A stretch of 64,000 nucleotides of DNA, taken from Spirochaetia bacterium. GTDB lineage: Bacteria > Spirochaetota > Spirochaetia > G963692905. A model generated the notes under the pieces. That model was given only the letters and a program-made list of their open reading frames with translations, had not been told where the DNA came from and ran no database searches. The stretch covers positions 7,143-71,142 of the forward strand of contig CBDCPJ010000053.1 of assembly GCA_965220165.1 (NCBI GenBank), written 5' to 3'. The position numbers and the translations under genes were made by a program. Positions 44,824 through 55,666 of the stretch are shown here, in pieces. Numbering within the stretch: the stretch's first letter is position 1; each line of letters begins with the position of its first letter.

Positions 44824-45120
44824 GGGGAAGCCCCCTACGCTCCATAGCGGCTCCGCGTCTCGCAAAGCTCGACGCGGACCGCGTCCGTCTGATCGGGCTC
44901 CGCTCGCGCTCCGCCCTGACAGACGCTGCCGGCTATTGCGCTACCCCCGGGCAACTCTTCAACCGGCCACAAGCCTCCCGCTCCATGACGGGCCAGCTCC
45001 GCGCGAATAGTAGTCGTAGACGATATCGGTATAATTTCACAATAACCTCTTGACATTTATTGAAAAATTGTTAATCATAATGTGAGATAATTTCTGATTA
45101 TATTTAAAAGGAGGAATATA
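44824..45120. repeat. full copy R3 of composite repeat, abutting oppA start codon
   Basis: Identical architecture to R1/R2. Ends AAAAGGAGGAATATA immediately before ATG 45121. Confidence 0.85.
45050..45114 (+). promoter_or_regulatory. repeat-borne promoter-like module and Shine-Dalgarno for oppA
   Basis: TTGACA 45050-55. Extended -10-like TGaGATAAT 45083-91. AAGGAGG 45108-14, 6 nt before ATG. Confidence 0.45.
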
Positions 45121-46704
45121 ATGGCGCATAAATTTATCTTATTATTTGTCATGGCTTTTGTAGCCATTTCAGGCATCTCATTTGCTGGCGGCGAAGCCGA
45201 ACTCGGCGACGAAGCCGTAACGTTTCGAATCGGAAACGGCGCGGAGCCAGAATCGCTCGACCCTCATCTGGTTTCTGGCGTTCCGGAGCATCGTATTTTT
45301 TATTCGTTATTCGAAGGGTTGGTCACCAACGATCCGCAAACCAACGAGGCTGTCCCCGGCGTAGCGGAACGATGGGATATTAGCGACGACAGAACCGTAT
45401 ATACCTTTTATCTTCGTCGAACGACTTGGAGCGATGGCGTCCCTATTACCGCGCAGACGGTGTATGATTCATGGATTCGCGTTCTTGATCCCGAAACCGC
45501 TTCTCCGTACGCATGGTTTCCGGGTCTATTTATCAGCGGAGCTGATGAATACAACGGCGGCGAAGCCGGCCCAGATGTCGTAGGCATTAGAGTGGTAGAC
45601 GACTATACGTTCGAGGTCCAGCTAGCCGGACCGTTGCCATACGCGCTTGGCGCGCTGACCCACTATTCATTTGGCATCGTTCCCCTGCACGCTATCGAAG
45701 AGCATGGCACGGAATGGACGTTGGCGGAAAATTTTGTGGGAAATGGCCCGTTTATGCTTGAGGAATGGTTGCCGCAGCAACAACTCTCTGTCGTTCCCAA
45801 CCCATTATATTGGGACGCCGATGCCGTAAGCCTAGACCGCGTAGTCTATTTACCCATCGAGGATAATAACACAGGATACAATATGTTCCTGAACGGCGAA
45901 CTGGATTGGCAAACGACAGTGCCTAACGATCAGGTCGAACAGGCCCGTCTCGAACAGGGCTACAATCGCAACGCGCAGTTGGCCACGTACTATTATCACC
46001 TAAATAACAAGCGTCCTCCGTTGGACGATGAGCGTGTAAGAAAGGCTCTGGCTATCTCTATTGATAGAAACGAGCTGGTCGAAACGGTTACTCGGGCGGG
46101 GCAGATACCCGCGTATGGCATTGTTCCCGCGCTATCCGGATACGAGGCGACGGTAGCTTTCCAAGAAGATACCGATCAGGCGAGGCGATTACTAGAAGAG
46201 GCAGGCTTTCCGGGCGGAGAAGGTTTTCCGGAATTGCAAATTCTCTACAATACCAGCGAAGGGCATAAAAAGATCGCCGAGTATATTCAGCAACAATGGA
46301 AGGAGATCCTTGGAATCGACGTTTCGCTCATCAACCAAGAGTGGAAAACATATTTGAGCACGACGCGAGAGCATGATTTTGATATTGCTCGCGCCGGTTG
46401 GGTTGGCGACTATCAGGATCCAAATACCTTCCTTGATCTCTTTATTACCGATGGCGGTCTCAATAATAGCGACTACAGCAACCCGAGATACGACGAATTG
46501 ATTGAGCGAGCGTCTTCAATGTCGGCTGGAAGCCAACGATTCAATGTGTTGCGAGAGGCGGAAGAGCTTTTTATAGGCGAAGATCATGGAATTATACCGA
46601 TCTACTACTATGTCACGCTCAATATGATTGATACTAATAAGTGGGGTGGTTGGTACAAAAACGTACAGGATTTTCATCCTACCAAAGACATTTATAGGAA
46701 GTAG
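45121..46704 (+). CDS. oppA: oligopeptide ABC transporter substrate-binding protein (family 5)
   Basis: Signal peptide. 527 aa. Family-5 SBP composition. Followed by oppBCDF. Confidence 0.85.
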   Translation: MAHKFILLFVMAFVAISGISFAGGEAELGDEAVTFRIGNGAEPESLDPHLVSGVPEHRIFYSLFEGLVTNDPQTNEAVPGVAERWDISDDRTVYTFYLRRTTWSDGVPITAQTVYDSWIRVLDPETASPYAWFPGLFISGADEYNGGEAGPDVVGIRVVDDYTFEVQLAGPLPYALGALTHYSFGIVPLHAIEEHGTEWTLAENFVGNGPFMLEEWLPQQQLSVVPNPLYWDADAVSLDRVVYLPIEDNNTGYNMFLNGELDWQTTVPNDQVEQARLEQGYNRNAQLATYYYHLNNKRPPLDDERVRKALAISIDRNELVETVTRAGQIPAYGIVPALSGYEATVAFQEDTDQARRLLEEAGFPGGEGFPELQILYNTSEGHKKIAEYIQQQWKEILGIDVSLINQEWKTYLSTTREHDFDIARAGWVGDYQDPNTFLDLFITDGGLNNSDYSNPRYDELIERASSMSAGSQRFNVLREAEELFIGEDHGIIPIYYYVTLNMIDTNKWGGWYKNVQDFHPTKDIYRK

Positions 46705-46720
46705 ATAATACTTCCACACA

Positions 46721-47650
46721 ATGACGAAGTATATTATCCAGCGTGCCGCGGGGATTATCCCCGCCGTGCTGGCTATCGTCACCATAAGCTTTTTCATCAT
46801 TCGGATCGCTCCCGGCGGTCCGTTTGATGTAGAGCGTAAATTGCCCGAGCAGGTCTTGCGCAATATCGAGGCAAAGTACCACTTAGATGAACCGCTGGTT
46901 CAGCAATACTTTCGATACATTGGCAATTTGCTTCGCGGCGATCTCGGTCCCTCCTATCGATATCATGATCATGATGTCAATTTTTTTATATTTAGCAGTC
47001 TGCCGCACTCTATCCTGCTTGGAGGAGTAGCGTTGATCTTAGCGTTGCTCGCGGGCATCGTTGTCGGTATCATATCGGCGTTACGGCAAAATAGGTGGAT
47101 CGATTACAGCTCGATGTTTGTCGCGGTGTTTGGCATATCCGTCCCCGCATTTGTCATTGGGCCTGTATTGGTCTATTGGTTTTCCATTCAATTAAAAATT
47201 TTTCCTACGTCCGGATGGATCAACGTAGGCGGGGGAATTCGCAGTCTTATATTGCCGGTAATTACGTTGTCGTTATTTTATTTTGCCACAATCGCTCGGC
47301 TCAGTCGCGCCGGAATTATCGAAGTATTGCGTAGCGACTATGTTCGCACCGCGCGAGCCAAAGGATTGCCGACCGGATTGATTGTGGTCAAACATGTGCT
47401 TAAAGGAGCGTTGTTGCCGGTGGTAAGCTATCTTGGCCCCGCGATGGCCGCCATCGTCACCGGATCGGTGGTAGTAGAGACGATCTTTCTTATTCCCGGA
47501 TTGGGGCGATTCTTTGTGCAATCGGCATTTAACCGCGACTATACGTTGCTTTTGGGTTCGGTAATCGTATATTCGGTGTTATTGATAATTCTTAATTTCA
47601 TTGTCGATATTCTATATGGGTTGCTTGATCCCCGCATATCCTACAGTTAA
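46721..47650 (+). CDS. oppB: oligopeptide ABC permease
   Basis: 6-TM BPD-transporter permease with EAA loop region. Confidence 0.85.
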   Translation: MTKYIIQRAAGIIPAVLAIVTISFFIIRIAPGGPFDVERKLPEQVLRNIEAKYHLDEPLVQQYFRYIGNLLRGDLGPSYRYHDHDVNFFIFSSLPHSILLGGVALILALLAGIVVGIISALRQNRWIDYSSMFVAVFGISVPAFVIGPVLVYWFSIQLKIFPTSGWINVGGGIRSLILPVITLSLFYFATIARLSRAGIIEVLRSDYVRTARAKGLPTGLIVVKHVLKGALLPVVSYLGPAMAAIVTGSVVVETIFLIPGLGRFFVQSAFNRDYTLLLGSVIVYSVLLIILNFIVDILYGLLDPRISYS

Positions 47651-47664
47651 GGGAGTATAATATT

Positions 47665-48777
47665 ATGAACACTATACAGACCGAACAAAACGAACAGGGC
47701 CATAAAAATCTTGCGCTGGTCGACAACGAACAGCTCCAAACTGTTCGAAGGATTAGCCTCGGGCAAGACGCCTGGAGGCGACTAAAGAAAAATAGGCTTG
47801 CTTTGGCGGGTCTTGTCATCGTAATCGCATATTCATTGATATGCCTCTTGGCGCCGATTCTTCCCTTCTATTCCTTTTCCTATCAAGTGCCCGAACATAA
47901 TTTTCTGCCGCCGTCGCTCACAAAAACCGGAGGCGAGCTATGGCTGGAGCGAGAGACAAATTATACCTCGCAACTGGCAGCGGTCGAAGATCGCGCGATA
48001 TCTTCGGAAGAGCGCTCTGAACTGGACGATATACGACGACGCGTTTCCGAAGGAGAAACGCATGTCTTTGAGGGCAAAGAGATAAGCCTGCATGATCGAA
48101 AATATCTATTGGGCACCGATTACCTAGGACGAGATATGTTGGCGCGTATCGTTTACGGCGGACAGATTTCAATTTCGATCGGCCTCCTTGGGGCGATTAC
48201 CAGCGTTATTATTGGAATCATCGTTGGGGCTATATCGGGATATGTGGGGGGCAAAGTAGATTATATCATCACGCGATTTATAGACATCCTCTATTGTCTT
48301 CCCTATATGTTGCTGGTGATTATTCTTATGGCGTTGTTTGGACAAAATACTATCAACCTTTTTATCGGGCTCTCGATGATTAGCTGGTTAACGGTTGCTC
48401 GAGTAGTTCGCGGGCAAATTATTTCATTAAAAAATTCGATATTTGTCGAAGCCTCTCGTTCGGTGGGTTCCAGCGTTATGAGAATAATTTTTCGTCATCT
48501 CGTGCCCAATACGTTGGGCGTTATCATTGTATTTGCTAGTTTGCGCGTTCCCGCTTTTATACTGTTGGAGGCGTTTCTCTCATTTCTAGGATTGGGCGTT
48601 TCGGCTCCTCTCGCATCGTGGGGCTCGTTGCTTCGCGACGCTACCGATGGGCTTTCGCTCTATCCATGGCGGCTATTTTGGCCGGCGATTGTTATGAGTG
48701 TTTTCCTCCTTTCGATGAATTTCCTTGGCGATGGATTGCGCGACGCATTTGATCCCCAAAGCAAAAATCTTCTGTAA
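47665..48777 (+). CDS. oppC: oligopeptide ABC permease
   Basis: OppC/DppC-like, N-terminal extension. 370 aa. Confidence 0.85.
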   Translation: MNTIQTEQNEQGHKNLALVDNEQLQTVRRISLGQDAWRRLKKNRLALAGLVIVIAYSLICLLAPILPFYSFSYQVPEHNFLPPSLTKTGGELWLERETNYTSQLAAVEDRAISSEERSELDDIRRRVSEGETHVFEGKEISLHDRKYLLGTDYLGRDMLARIVYGGQISISIGLLGAITSVIIGIIVGAISGYVGGKVDYIITRFIDILYCLPYMLLVIILMALFGQNTINLFIGLSMISWLTVARVVRGQIISLKNSIFVEASRSVGSSVMRIIFRHLVPNTLGVIIVFASLRVPAFILLEAFLSFLGLGVSAPLASWGSLLRDATDGLSLYPWRLFWPAIVMSVFLLSMNFLGDGLRDAFDPQSKNLL

Positions 48778-48795
48778 GGGCTTCTATACACCATA

Positions 48796-49800
48796 ATGAA
48801 CACTCAAAAAGAGACACGTAATGATGTTATTTTGCAGGTACGCGGGTTAAAAACCCAGTTCAAAACGGACGACGGCCTTATTAAGGCGGTAGACGGCGTT
48901 GATTTTGACCTTCATTGCGGCGAAACGCTTGGTATTGTCGGCGAATCGGGAAGCGGTAAATCGGTTACCAGTCTATCGATTATGAAGCTTATTCCCTCTC
49001 CGCCCGGCCGCATTGTCGATGGCTCCATTATGTTTAATGGCGTCGATATCCTCAAACTTAATGAAAAGTCGTTGCGCAGCATCCGCGGCGCGGATATCGC
49101 GATGATTTTTCAAGACCCAATGACGTCGCTCAACCCGTTTCTTAAAATATCGACCCAGCTCATCGAAACGTTAGTGCTCCATCGCTCTATCAGCAAGCGG
49201 CAGGCAAAAGAGCAGGCTGTCGAACTGCTCGAGATGGTCGGCATACCCGATTCGAGGGGACGGATAGACAATTATCCGCACCAATTTTCGGGAGGAATGA
49301 GACAGCGTGTTATGATAGCGATGGCGCTGAGTTGCAATCCAAAGATTCTTATCGCCGACGAACCTACAACCGCGCTGGATGTTACGATACAGGCTCAAAT
49401 TATGGAATTGATTAAAGATCTCTCGGCTCGATTGAATACCGCCGTGATCATTATTACGCATGATTTGGGCGTGGTGGCCAGCATGTGCGACACTATTTGT
49501 GTGATGTATGCCGGAAGAATAGTGGAACAATCTACGGCTATGCGGATTTTTCACCATCCTCGCCACCCCTACACTCGCGGTCTTATTCGATCGGCGCCGC
49601 GATTGGACCAGGAATACGAACAGGATCTCTTCTCTATTCCGGGACAACCTCCGCTACTCTACGATCTTCCCGAATGTTGTCCGTTTCATCCTCGATGCGA
49701 TCATGCTATGGATATCTGTCGCGCTCATTATCCTTCCGAGAAGCGTTTTGAATCTATCGAGCGAGTCAATTGCTGGCTCTATAGCGACAAAAAGGAGTAG
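48796..49800 (+). CDS. oppD: oligopeptide ABC ATP-binding protein
   Basis: Walker A GESGSGKS, signature FSGGMRQR, Walker [14 protein letters not shown]-terminal oligopeptide domain. Confidence 0.85.
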   Translation: MNTQKETRNDVILQVRGLKTQFKTDDGLIKAVDGVDFDLHCGETLGIVGESGSGKSVTSLSIMKLIPSPPGRIVDGSIMFNGVDILKLNEKSLRSIRGADIAMIFQDPMTSLNPFLKISTQLIETLVLHRSISKRQAKEQAVELLEMVGIPDSRGRIDNYPHQFSGGMRQRVMIAMALSCNPKILIADEPTTALDVTIQAQIMELIKDLSARLNTAVIIITHDLGVVASMCDTICVMYAGRIVEQSTAMRIFHHPRHPYTRGLIRSAPRLDQEYEQDLFSIPGQPPLLYDLPECCPFHPRCDHAMDICRAHYPSEKRFESIERVNCWLYSDKKE

Positions 49801-49805
49801 GGACA

Positions 49806-50864
49806 ATGGGCAACGACAATCGCGAAACACTGTTGCGCGTAACCGATCTCAAAATGCACTTCGTTGCCGATGGCGGCGGAATATTTCGAAAGCCTACCGG
49901 CAAAGTGCGCGCGGTCGATGGAATAAGTTTTGATGTGAAACGGGGCGAAACGGTGGGCCTCGTCGGCGAATCGGGATGCGGCAAATCAACCGTTATACGA
50001 GCGATTGCCCAACTGTATCGCCCAACTAGCGGCAGCGTTCTCTTTGAGGGCCAAGAGCTTACTCAGTTGGGAAAAAATGATTTGCTCAGCGCTCGCCAAG
50101 ATATGCAGGTGGTGTTTCAGGACCCTTACGCCTCGCTTAATCCTCGCATGACGATAGGAGACACAATCGCCGAGCCGCTCCATGTCTATCGTTTTCGCAA
50201 GCTCATTCGCATGAGCCGGCACGATGTGGCCAAACGCGTTAATGAACTGCTCGATATCGTGGGACTATCTCGCAATTATCGCAATCGCTATCCCCATGAG
50301 TTTTCTGGCGGGCAGCGACAGCGTGTCGGCATCGCTCGCGCGTTGGCGCTTCGTCCCAAGCTTATTCTTGCCGACGAACCGGTAAGCGCGCTGGATGTTT
50401 CTATTCAGGCTCAAGTGCTCAATCTGTTGCGCGAGCTCCAGAAAGAGTTTAATTTGGCCTACCTTTTCATTTCGCACGATCTTGCCGTCATAAAATATAT
50501 CAGCAATAGAGTCGCGGTTATGTATCTTGGCAAAATCGTGGAAATGTCGAAAGCTGACGTGCTCTACAAGAACCCGTTGCACCCCTACACCAAAGCGTTG
50601 CTATCCGCGATTCCCATTCCCGATCCAGAGGCGAATAGCAAGCGAGCGCGGATTATTTTGGAAGGCGATGTTCCATCGCCCACTCAAAAGCAATCAGGGT
50701 GCTATTTCTATGGTCGGTGTCCCGAAAAAATGGCGCATTGCGAGCATGTGATTCCTCCGCTCATTGAGGTGGAGCCGAAGCACTCTGTTGCATGTCATCT
50801 TCATCCCGCGCCAGAGGCACCCCGCAATGAGCGCTCAACCGCTCAACCAGCTGATTCCAGTTAA
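49806..50864 (+). CDS. oppF: oligopeptide ABC ATP-binding protein
   Basis: [29 protein letters not shown]. Confidence 0.85.
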   Translation: MGNDNRETLLRVTDLKMHFVADGGGIFRKPTGKVRAVDGISFDVKRGETVGLVGESGCGKSTVIRAIAQLYRPTSGSVLFEGQELTQLGKNDLLSARQDMQVVFQDPYASLNPRMTIGDTIAEPLHVYRFRKLIRMSRHDVAKRVNELLDIVGLSRNYRNRYPHEFSGGQRQRVGIARALALRPKLILADEPVSALDVSIQAQVLNLLRELQKEFNLAYLFISHDLAVIKYISNRVAVMYLGKIVEMSKADVLYKNPLHPYTKALLSAIPIPDPEANSKRARIILEGDVPSPTQKQSGCYFYGRCPEKMAHCEHVIPPLIEVEPKHSVACHLHPAPEAPRNERSTAQPADSS

Positions 50865-51471
50865 CGTGCGATCTAACTCGCTGAGTCAATACGCCGATAT
50901 GGCTTCCGTCTTGCATACGCAGTCGTAACTTGACAAATTGACGAGGTGTCGCGAACGATCCGCGTATCGATTTGTTTCCAATGCCTCCGTGCTCGAACAT
51001 TTCTAATTCCAGCGAGGCAACATCCGCAAAGTCAAAAGAGCGCGAGCGATGGCATATCAGCAAGCCATGTCGATATTCAATGCGCCGAAGATCTGTGTCA
51101 AACGTCCATTGTTCATAATAGAGCGCGCAGAGAACGGAGATCGCGAAGAGCGCAAATGCAACGGCTGTTGATCCTCCGGTAATGATGCCCATAAAAATGA
51201 TCAGCGCTACTGTCGCCGTCGATATTCGAAATAATGCTGTTTGTCTAAGCAATATGCGCGCCGGCGGCTTCTCGAAAAAATATAGGTCGGGACTAAACAA
51301 TTCTACTATCCTCCTCGACAATGAGCATAGTAAAGCAATAGCGATATTTATGCAATATATGATATAATAGATTATGGCTATTGAAAGGCATAGCGATCTC
51401 GCTCTTGTATGCGATGTTGGCGGAACCAATACCAGTTTGGCGATAGCGTCGCGGCGACAGGACGGCAGCAT
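50761..51471 (-). CDS. hypothetical membrane protein (start uncertain)
   Basis: Two or three TM segments. Long ORF overlaps both oppF 3' end and glk 5' end, so true start likely internal. Confidence 0.3.
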   Translation of the reverse strand: MLPSCRRDAIAKLVLVPPTSHTRARSLCLSIAIIYYIIYCINIAIALLCSLSRRIVELFSPDLYFFEKPPARILLRQTALFRISTATVALIIFMGIITGGSTAVAFALFAISVLCALYYEQWTFDTDLRRIEYRHGLLICHRSRSFDFADVASLELEMFEHGGIGNKSIRGSFATPRQFVKLRLRMQDGSHIGVLTQRVRSHVNWNQLVERLSAHCGVPLARDEDDMQQSASAPPQ

Positions 51472-52465
51472 TGAGTTGCTCCATAGATGTCGCCATAATA
51501 CGCAGGAAATTACAGATCTCGAGAGTGTGTTACAGGATTATTTCGACGATTCGGGAATGCCGCCTCGTCGTTCTATTTGTCGTGCGGTGATCAGCGCGGC
51601 CGGCCCCGTGCGCGACAATTGTTGTCGGCTCAGCAACGCGAATTGGGATATCGACGGCAACCGGCTGGGACAACATATCGGTTTTCGGTGCTCTGTGATC
51701 AACGATTACTGCGCTATATGCTACGGTGTGATAGTCTTTGAACACAGTTATACCGAGCGACTGTTGCCCATTATTTCGGCGCGTCGCGCGAAAAGCGACG
51801 CGATAGCGCGATCCAATGACGAGAAAGACGGGCTCGCGACGAAAATAGTTATTGGAGCGGGAACGGGATTGGGGGTCGGCTTTTTGCTTTCGGCGGGCGA
51901 TGAGATCGTCGCCATTCCCTCTGAAGGAGGGCATATTGGCTTTGCCCCGATAGACGAAGAGACCGCTTGGTTGCATGAGATAGCTCGCGCAAAAACAGGA
52001 TTGCCCCCTCGCGCGGAAGAATTTATATCGGGGCAGGGATTGGTCGCGATCTTCGACGCGCTCCATTCGCGGGGACCTTCGAATGGCAATGCGGAATGGA
52101 TAGCCAACCAACCGGTCGCGGAACGAGCCGCTTTGATCGCCCAATCGGCTATGAACAACCGCGACGATCTCTGCGTCAAAACCATGCGAATATTTAGCAA
52201 GTGTTACGGCAAATTCTGCGGCGATATGGCGATATTGCTGAATGCCCAAGGCGGCATCTATCTTGGCGGCGGGATCGCTCCAAAAAATAGACGATGGTTT
52301 ACCGACGAGCCCTTTTTTAGAGAGGCGTTTTTCGCCAATAGTATGCCCACCGCGCAGGCCGTTTTGCGGGATGTTTCGGTGTCGATGATTGTGGATTACG
52401 ATATATCGTTATATGGCGACGCGTCGCATGCGTTTCGTTTGGATAGACGGAGCGATATCGCATAA
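51374..52465 (+). CDS. glk: glucokinase-like sugar kinase
   Basis: N-terminal LVCDVGGTNTSLAI (ATP-binding of glucokinase/ROK type). 363 aa. Confidence 0.6.
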   Translation: MAIERHSDLALVCDVGGTNTSLAIASRRQDGSIELLHRCRHNTQEITDLESVLQDYFDDSGMPPRRSICRAVISAAGPVRDNCCRLSNANWDIDGNRLGQHIGFRCSVINDYCAICYGVIVFEHSYTERLLPIISARRAKSDAIARSNDEKDGLATKIVIGAGTGLGVGFLLSAGDEIVAIPSEGGHIGFAPIDEETAWLHEIARAKTGLPPRAEEFISGQGLVAIFDALHSRGPSNGNAEWIANQPVAERAALIAQSAMNNRDDLCVKTMRIFSKCYGKFCGDMAILLNAQGGIYLGGGIAPKNRRWFTDEPFFREAFFANSMPTAQAVLRDVSVSMIVDYDISLYGDASHAFRLDRRSDIA

Positions 52466-52467
52466 GT

Positions 52468-54021
52468 ATGATGGCGCATAATCAATCTATTCCCGCCGCG
52501 ATGATTAAACGAATGCGGGAATTGCGGATCGATGTCGATCTTACCGCTTCGTTGTTGGCGCGCGCCAATGAAACCGGGCGGTCGTCTTTGCGGAGCGGCG
52601 GCGATTCTTTGCAATTGCCCCGAGTCGACGATAGCGATATTATAGATCGCGTCAATCTTGAGCGACTGCATCTGGAGATCGATCGAAACTCCTGTCGACA
52701 GCGGCTAGAAGAGCTCTTGCCAGATTGCCCGATCAATTTGGACGATATACCGTCGCGCGATGGGCGGCTCTATTTTGACGCGCGGCAGCTAGAACGCATC
52801 GGTCGCCTGCTCTACCCGCTGCTTTCTTATGGACTGTTGAATGGCGGCGCCGCCTCGAGTTATACCGATATAAAGCGAAATCGCGCGTTCGATTCCGCGC
52901 TCTTTGATCAATCGCGAGAGGATTTTGATAGCATAGCCGATCGCATTGCCCATCTTCCCAAAGGAATAAGCCCGGCGTTTATTCATCCGGATGGATCGTT
53001 TGGTCCGAGCTTCTTGCTATTGAAAATGCGCTCGTTATTGCTGGATCTGTTCTATTGTCGTCGAGAACGATCTTTGGCGGGTTTGCCGGCGCCGTTGTTG
53101 CCAGCGTTCCAGATGGTCAGCGCAAGGACGGATGATATGTTGCGGCAGGCATATAGTGAATATCGAGACGATCCGGCGTTGCGCGACCTTATTGCGGCTA
53201 CCGGAGACGATGTTACGCGTATGGTCAGCGCCAACCAGCCGCTTGTCGCCGCTTTTACCAGCCGATCAACGGGCGAAAGGACAGAGATATTCCAGCGCGC
53301 CGGAGGAAAAGAGGCCGAGCCCTTGCCGCTTCCGGGAGGGCATGGGCAAAATTTTGCCGCGCTTCGAGACGTCTACCGCTCCTTGCGCGAGGGCGGGAAA
53401 CGCTTTGTTTATATCGGCAATGTCGATAATCTATCCTATTTGCCCGATCCTATCGCGGTTGCTTGGCTCGCGTTGCAACGGCGATCGGCGCTCTTTGAAT
53501 TTTCGCCGCGGACGTCGGTAGATGTCAAAGGCGGCATTCTTATGCGCGATAGTCAAGGACGACTGGTATGCGGCGAGATTGGCAACGCTATCTCCGTCGA
53601 TGAGGTGGATACGTTGGAAAAGGAGGGAAGGCCTATTCTGTTTAATTGCGCGATTGGGTTGTTTGACTTAGACAGGCTGGAATCGCGTCTTCCCGATATT
53701 ATCGAGAATTTGCCGATACGATGGAGCGAGCAGAATAAAGAGGCGGGGGTCTATAGTCAGGCGGAGCGCAATACGTGGGATGTGATGGGAATGATGGATG
53801 ATGTCTCCGTTTTTCGGGTGCGAAAAAGCGAACGCTTTTTAGCCGCAAAATTGCTTATAGAAATGATGGTAACGAGCGGAAAAGTCGATCCATCGGGCAA
53901 TTCTTCGCTGGCGAGCGCGGGCGAGGTTTTGCAAAAGGGGCTAAACGAGCTGTTGCGGGGACGATATAAGTATCGGTGTCATCGCGATAGATGGACGCCA
54001 ATTCGAGTCGATGAGCTATAG
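52468..54021 (+). CDS. UDPGP-family nucleotide-sugar pyrophosphorylase-like protein
   Basis: [12 protein letters not shown] and LPGGHGQ resemble LNGGLGT and PGHGD motifs of UTP-glucose-1-P uridylyltransferase family. Confidence 0.5.
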   Translation: MMAHNQSIPAAMIKRMRELRIDVDLTASLLARANETGRSSLRSGGDSLQLPRVDDSDIIDRVNLERLHLEIDRNSCRQRLEELLPDCPINLDDIPSRDGRLYFDARQLERIGRLLYPLLSYGLLNGGAASSYTDIKRNRAFDSALFDQSREDFDSIADRIAHLPKGISPAFIHPDGSFGPSFLLLKMRSLLLDLFYCRRERSLAGLPAPLLPAFQMVSARTDDMLRQAYSEYRDDPALRDLIAATGDDVTRMVSANQPLVAAFTSRSTGERTEIFQRAGGKEAEPLPLPGGHGQNFAALRDVYRSLREGGKRFVYIGNVDNLSYLPDPIAVAWLALQRRSALFEFSPRTSVDVKGGILMRDSQGRLVCGEIGNAISVDEVDTLEKEGRPILFNCAIGLFDLDRLESRLPDIIENLPIRWSEQNKEAGVYSQAERNTWDVMGMMDDVSVFRVRKSERFLAAKLLIEMMVTSGKVDPSGNSSLASAGEVLQKGLNELLRGRYKYRCHRDRWTPIRVDEL

Positions 54022-54355
54022 CGCGGGAGAGGATATTCAGCCGAACTTCGACACGAGCGACGCGTTGATACCGGCGATTGTCCAAGAATATGCGACGGGC
54101 AAGGTGCTGATGTGCGCTTTTATGAATCGCCGCGCGTGGGATCTGACGTTAGAGACCGGATTTGCCCACTACTACAGCAGGAGTCGATCCTCTCTTTGGA
54201 AGAAGGGAGAAACGTCGGGAAATGTGCAAAAAGTGATGGAGATATGGATCGATTGCGACGCGGACGCCGTATTGATGAAAGTCGAACAGCGGGGCAACGC
54301 GTGCCATACCGGCCAGCATAGTTGCTTTTTTCGGCGAGCTGACCGACCACGTTGA
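54011..54355 (+). CDS. hisI: phosphoribosyl-AMP cyclohydrolase
   Basis: ...LIPAIVQ....KVLM.A.MN..A...T...G.A.YYSRSR..LW.KGETSGN.Q.V.EI..DCD.D..L.KV.Q.G.ACHTG..SCF. Confidence 0.7.
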   Translation: MSYSAGEDIQPNFDTSDALIPAIVQEYATGKVLMCAFMNRRAWDLTLETGFAHYYSRSRSSLWKKGETSGNVQKVMEIWIDCDADAVLMKVEQRGNACHTGQHSCFFRRADRPR

Positions 54356-54375
54356 CGCTGATCGACTGTATAGGG

Positions 54376-54543
54376 TTAACGCATAAGGTCGCGCGGTTTG
54401 CGAGCCGTGTTGCCGCTTTTCTCGCAGACGGCGAAATGTCGTAATTTGCCATTTTCAAAGCGCGTTTTCATTACGATATTGCCGCCCCAGCGACTTACAA
54501 GCGATTGCGCTTCGCGTCGTCGAGCGTTTTTTGATAATGCCAT
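54376..54543 (-). CDS. small basic protein with S21-like motif (55 aa), not in ORF track
   Basis: Strong SD (GGAGG 7 nt upstream of ATG at 54541-43). VMKTRFENGKLRHFAVCEKSGN resembles N-terminal core of bacterial ribosomal protein S21 (V.K..E.....LRRFKRS.EK.G). Confidence 0.3.
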   Translation of the reverse strand: MALSKNARRREAQSLVSRWGGNIVMKTRFENGKLRHFAVCEKSGNTARKPRDLMR

Positions 54544-54699
54544 ATTTCCTCCATAGACGGTGAATATCTATAGATAGTATAGGCGCTATTTTTCGATTGC
54601 GCAAGCCATGGTTTCGTCGCTTCGATTACGGAGGGGCAAGGTTGATTGTTTTGTTGGGCGTTGCGGGCCATTTTTCTGGAATATTTCCAACTGGGCGAT

Positions 54700-54790
54700 T
54701 GGCGCCCGCAGAGGGGGGTAGCGGAATAGCGCCTGCGAGCCGAGCTTTGATCGGCTCGCAGGCGCTATGGAGCGAGGGGGGAGACAGCGA
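54700..54790. repeat. partial, shortened copy (reverse orientation) of GC-rich repeat module
   Basis: gaggggggtagcggaatagcgcctgcgagccga-gctttga-tcggctcgcaggcgctatggagcgaggggggag. Perfect 16-bp central stem. Mirror G6 tracts. Confidence 0.6.
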
Positions 54791-54862
54791 AAACAGAGGC
54801 GTATGCCGAAGCGAAGGGACGCTTGTCGATTGATGCGGGTTATATCAATAGGCGTCATACTT

Positions 54863-54878
54863 CCCCCCCCTTTTTTTT
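54863..54878. repeat. homopolymeric C8-T8 tract ~105 nt upstream of adenylate cyclase start
   Basis: ttCCCCCCCCTTTTTTTTct read directly. Confidence 0.9.
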
Positions 54879-54982
54879 CTAGATATTTTTCTTGCGGGTA
54901 TAGCGGGCGATCTATTTTTGCTCGGGGAGCGGCGAAATGAGGTGCTTGTATTACTTGCGACTTTGCGCTAAATACTAGATGT

Positions 54983-55666
54983 ATGAGTAAAAAAGATGTT
55001 TTTTCTCCTGCCGTTCTTGAGGAGATAAGGAAATATGAGGATAGAAGCGAACGACTGATTGCGTTTTTGCAGATGGGCTTTGTTATTATCATGGGGTTGT
55101 TCTATACAATTTCTCCCAAAGGATTCGATGAAACGTCAGTTGTTTTCAGGCCTGTTCCCACCGTTATCGGTATTTATGTGCCAATTTTAATTGTTCGCGC
55201 GATACTGAGCTTTTTTGAAAAGATGCGAGGGATTGCACTGCATATTTTTACGTTTCTTGATATAGCGATTATTATATCGCTTATATGGGTCTATCATATA
55301 CAGTATCAAAGCGATCCCGCTATATCGCTTAAAGCGCCGACATATGTTTTTCTCTTAGTATTTATTGCCATTCGCAGCCTGCGCTTTCGGGCGAATTATC
55401 TTGTGACGGCGTTGCTCACCTCATTGATAGGATGGGTGGGGTTGCTTGTCTATTCGATAATGAATCTCGGGGGGGCGTCGGTTACCAGTTCGTTTGTCGA
55501 TTATGCCACGAACAATGCTATTCTTATTGGGGCGGAGGTCGAAAAAATGATCGGCATTGTGCTGGTGGGCATCGTGTTGTATCTTGGGGTGCATCGTTCA
55601 AAGCAGCATGTTGGCGTTCTCTCGGCAACAAGATGTCGCCGTTCGGAGTATGTCCAGTTTTTTTAA
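54983..55666 (+). CDS. adenylate cyclase, N-terminal 6-TM membrane module (upstream part of gene split at T7 tract)
   Basis: Six hydrophobic helices. Stops at TAA created by T7 at 55658-64. Removing one T fuses in frame to the downstream cyclase domain (QFF-NPQVVKR). Confidence 0.55.
   Translation: MSKKDVFSPAVLEEIRKYEDRSERLIAFLQMGFVIIMGLFYTISPKGFDETSVVFRPVPTVIGIYVPILIVRAILSFFEKMRGIALHIFTFLDIAIIISLIWVYHIQYQSDPAISLKAPTYVFLLVFIAIRSLRFRANYLVTALLTSLIGWVGLLVYSIMNLGGASVTSSFVDYATNNAILIGAEVEKMIGIVLVGIVLYLGVHRSKQHVGVLSATRCRRSEYVQFF

Noticed and set aside
54586-55092. 168-aa minus-strand ORF spanning the 54.7 kb repeat copy and the C8T8 tract
   Set aside because: It reads through the palindromic repeat and homopolymer tracts and overlaps the adenylate cyclase start. 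There is no RBS or motif, so it is spurious.
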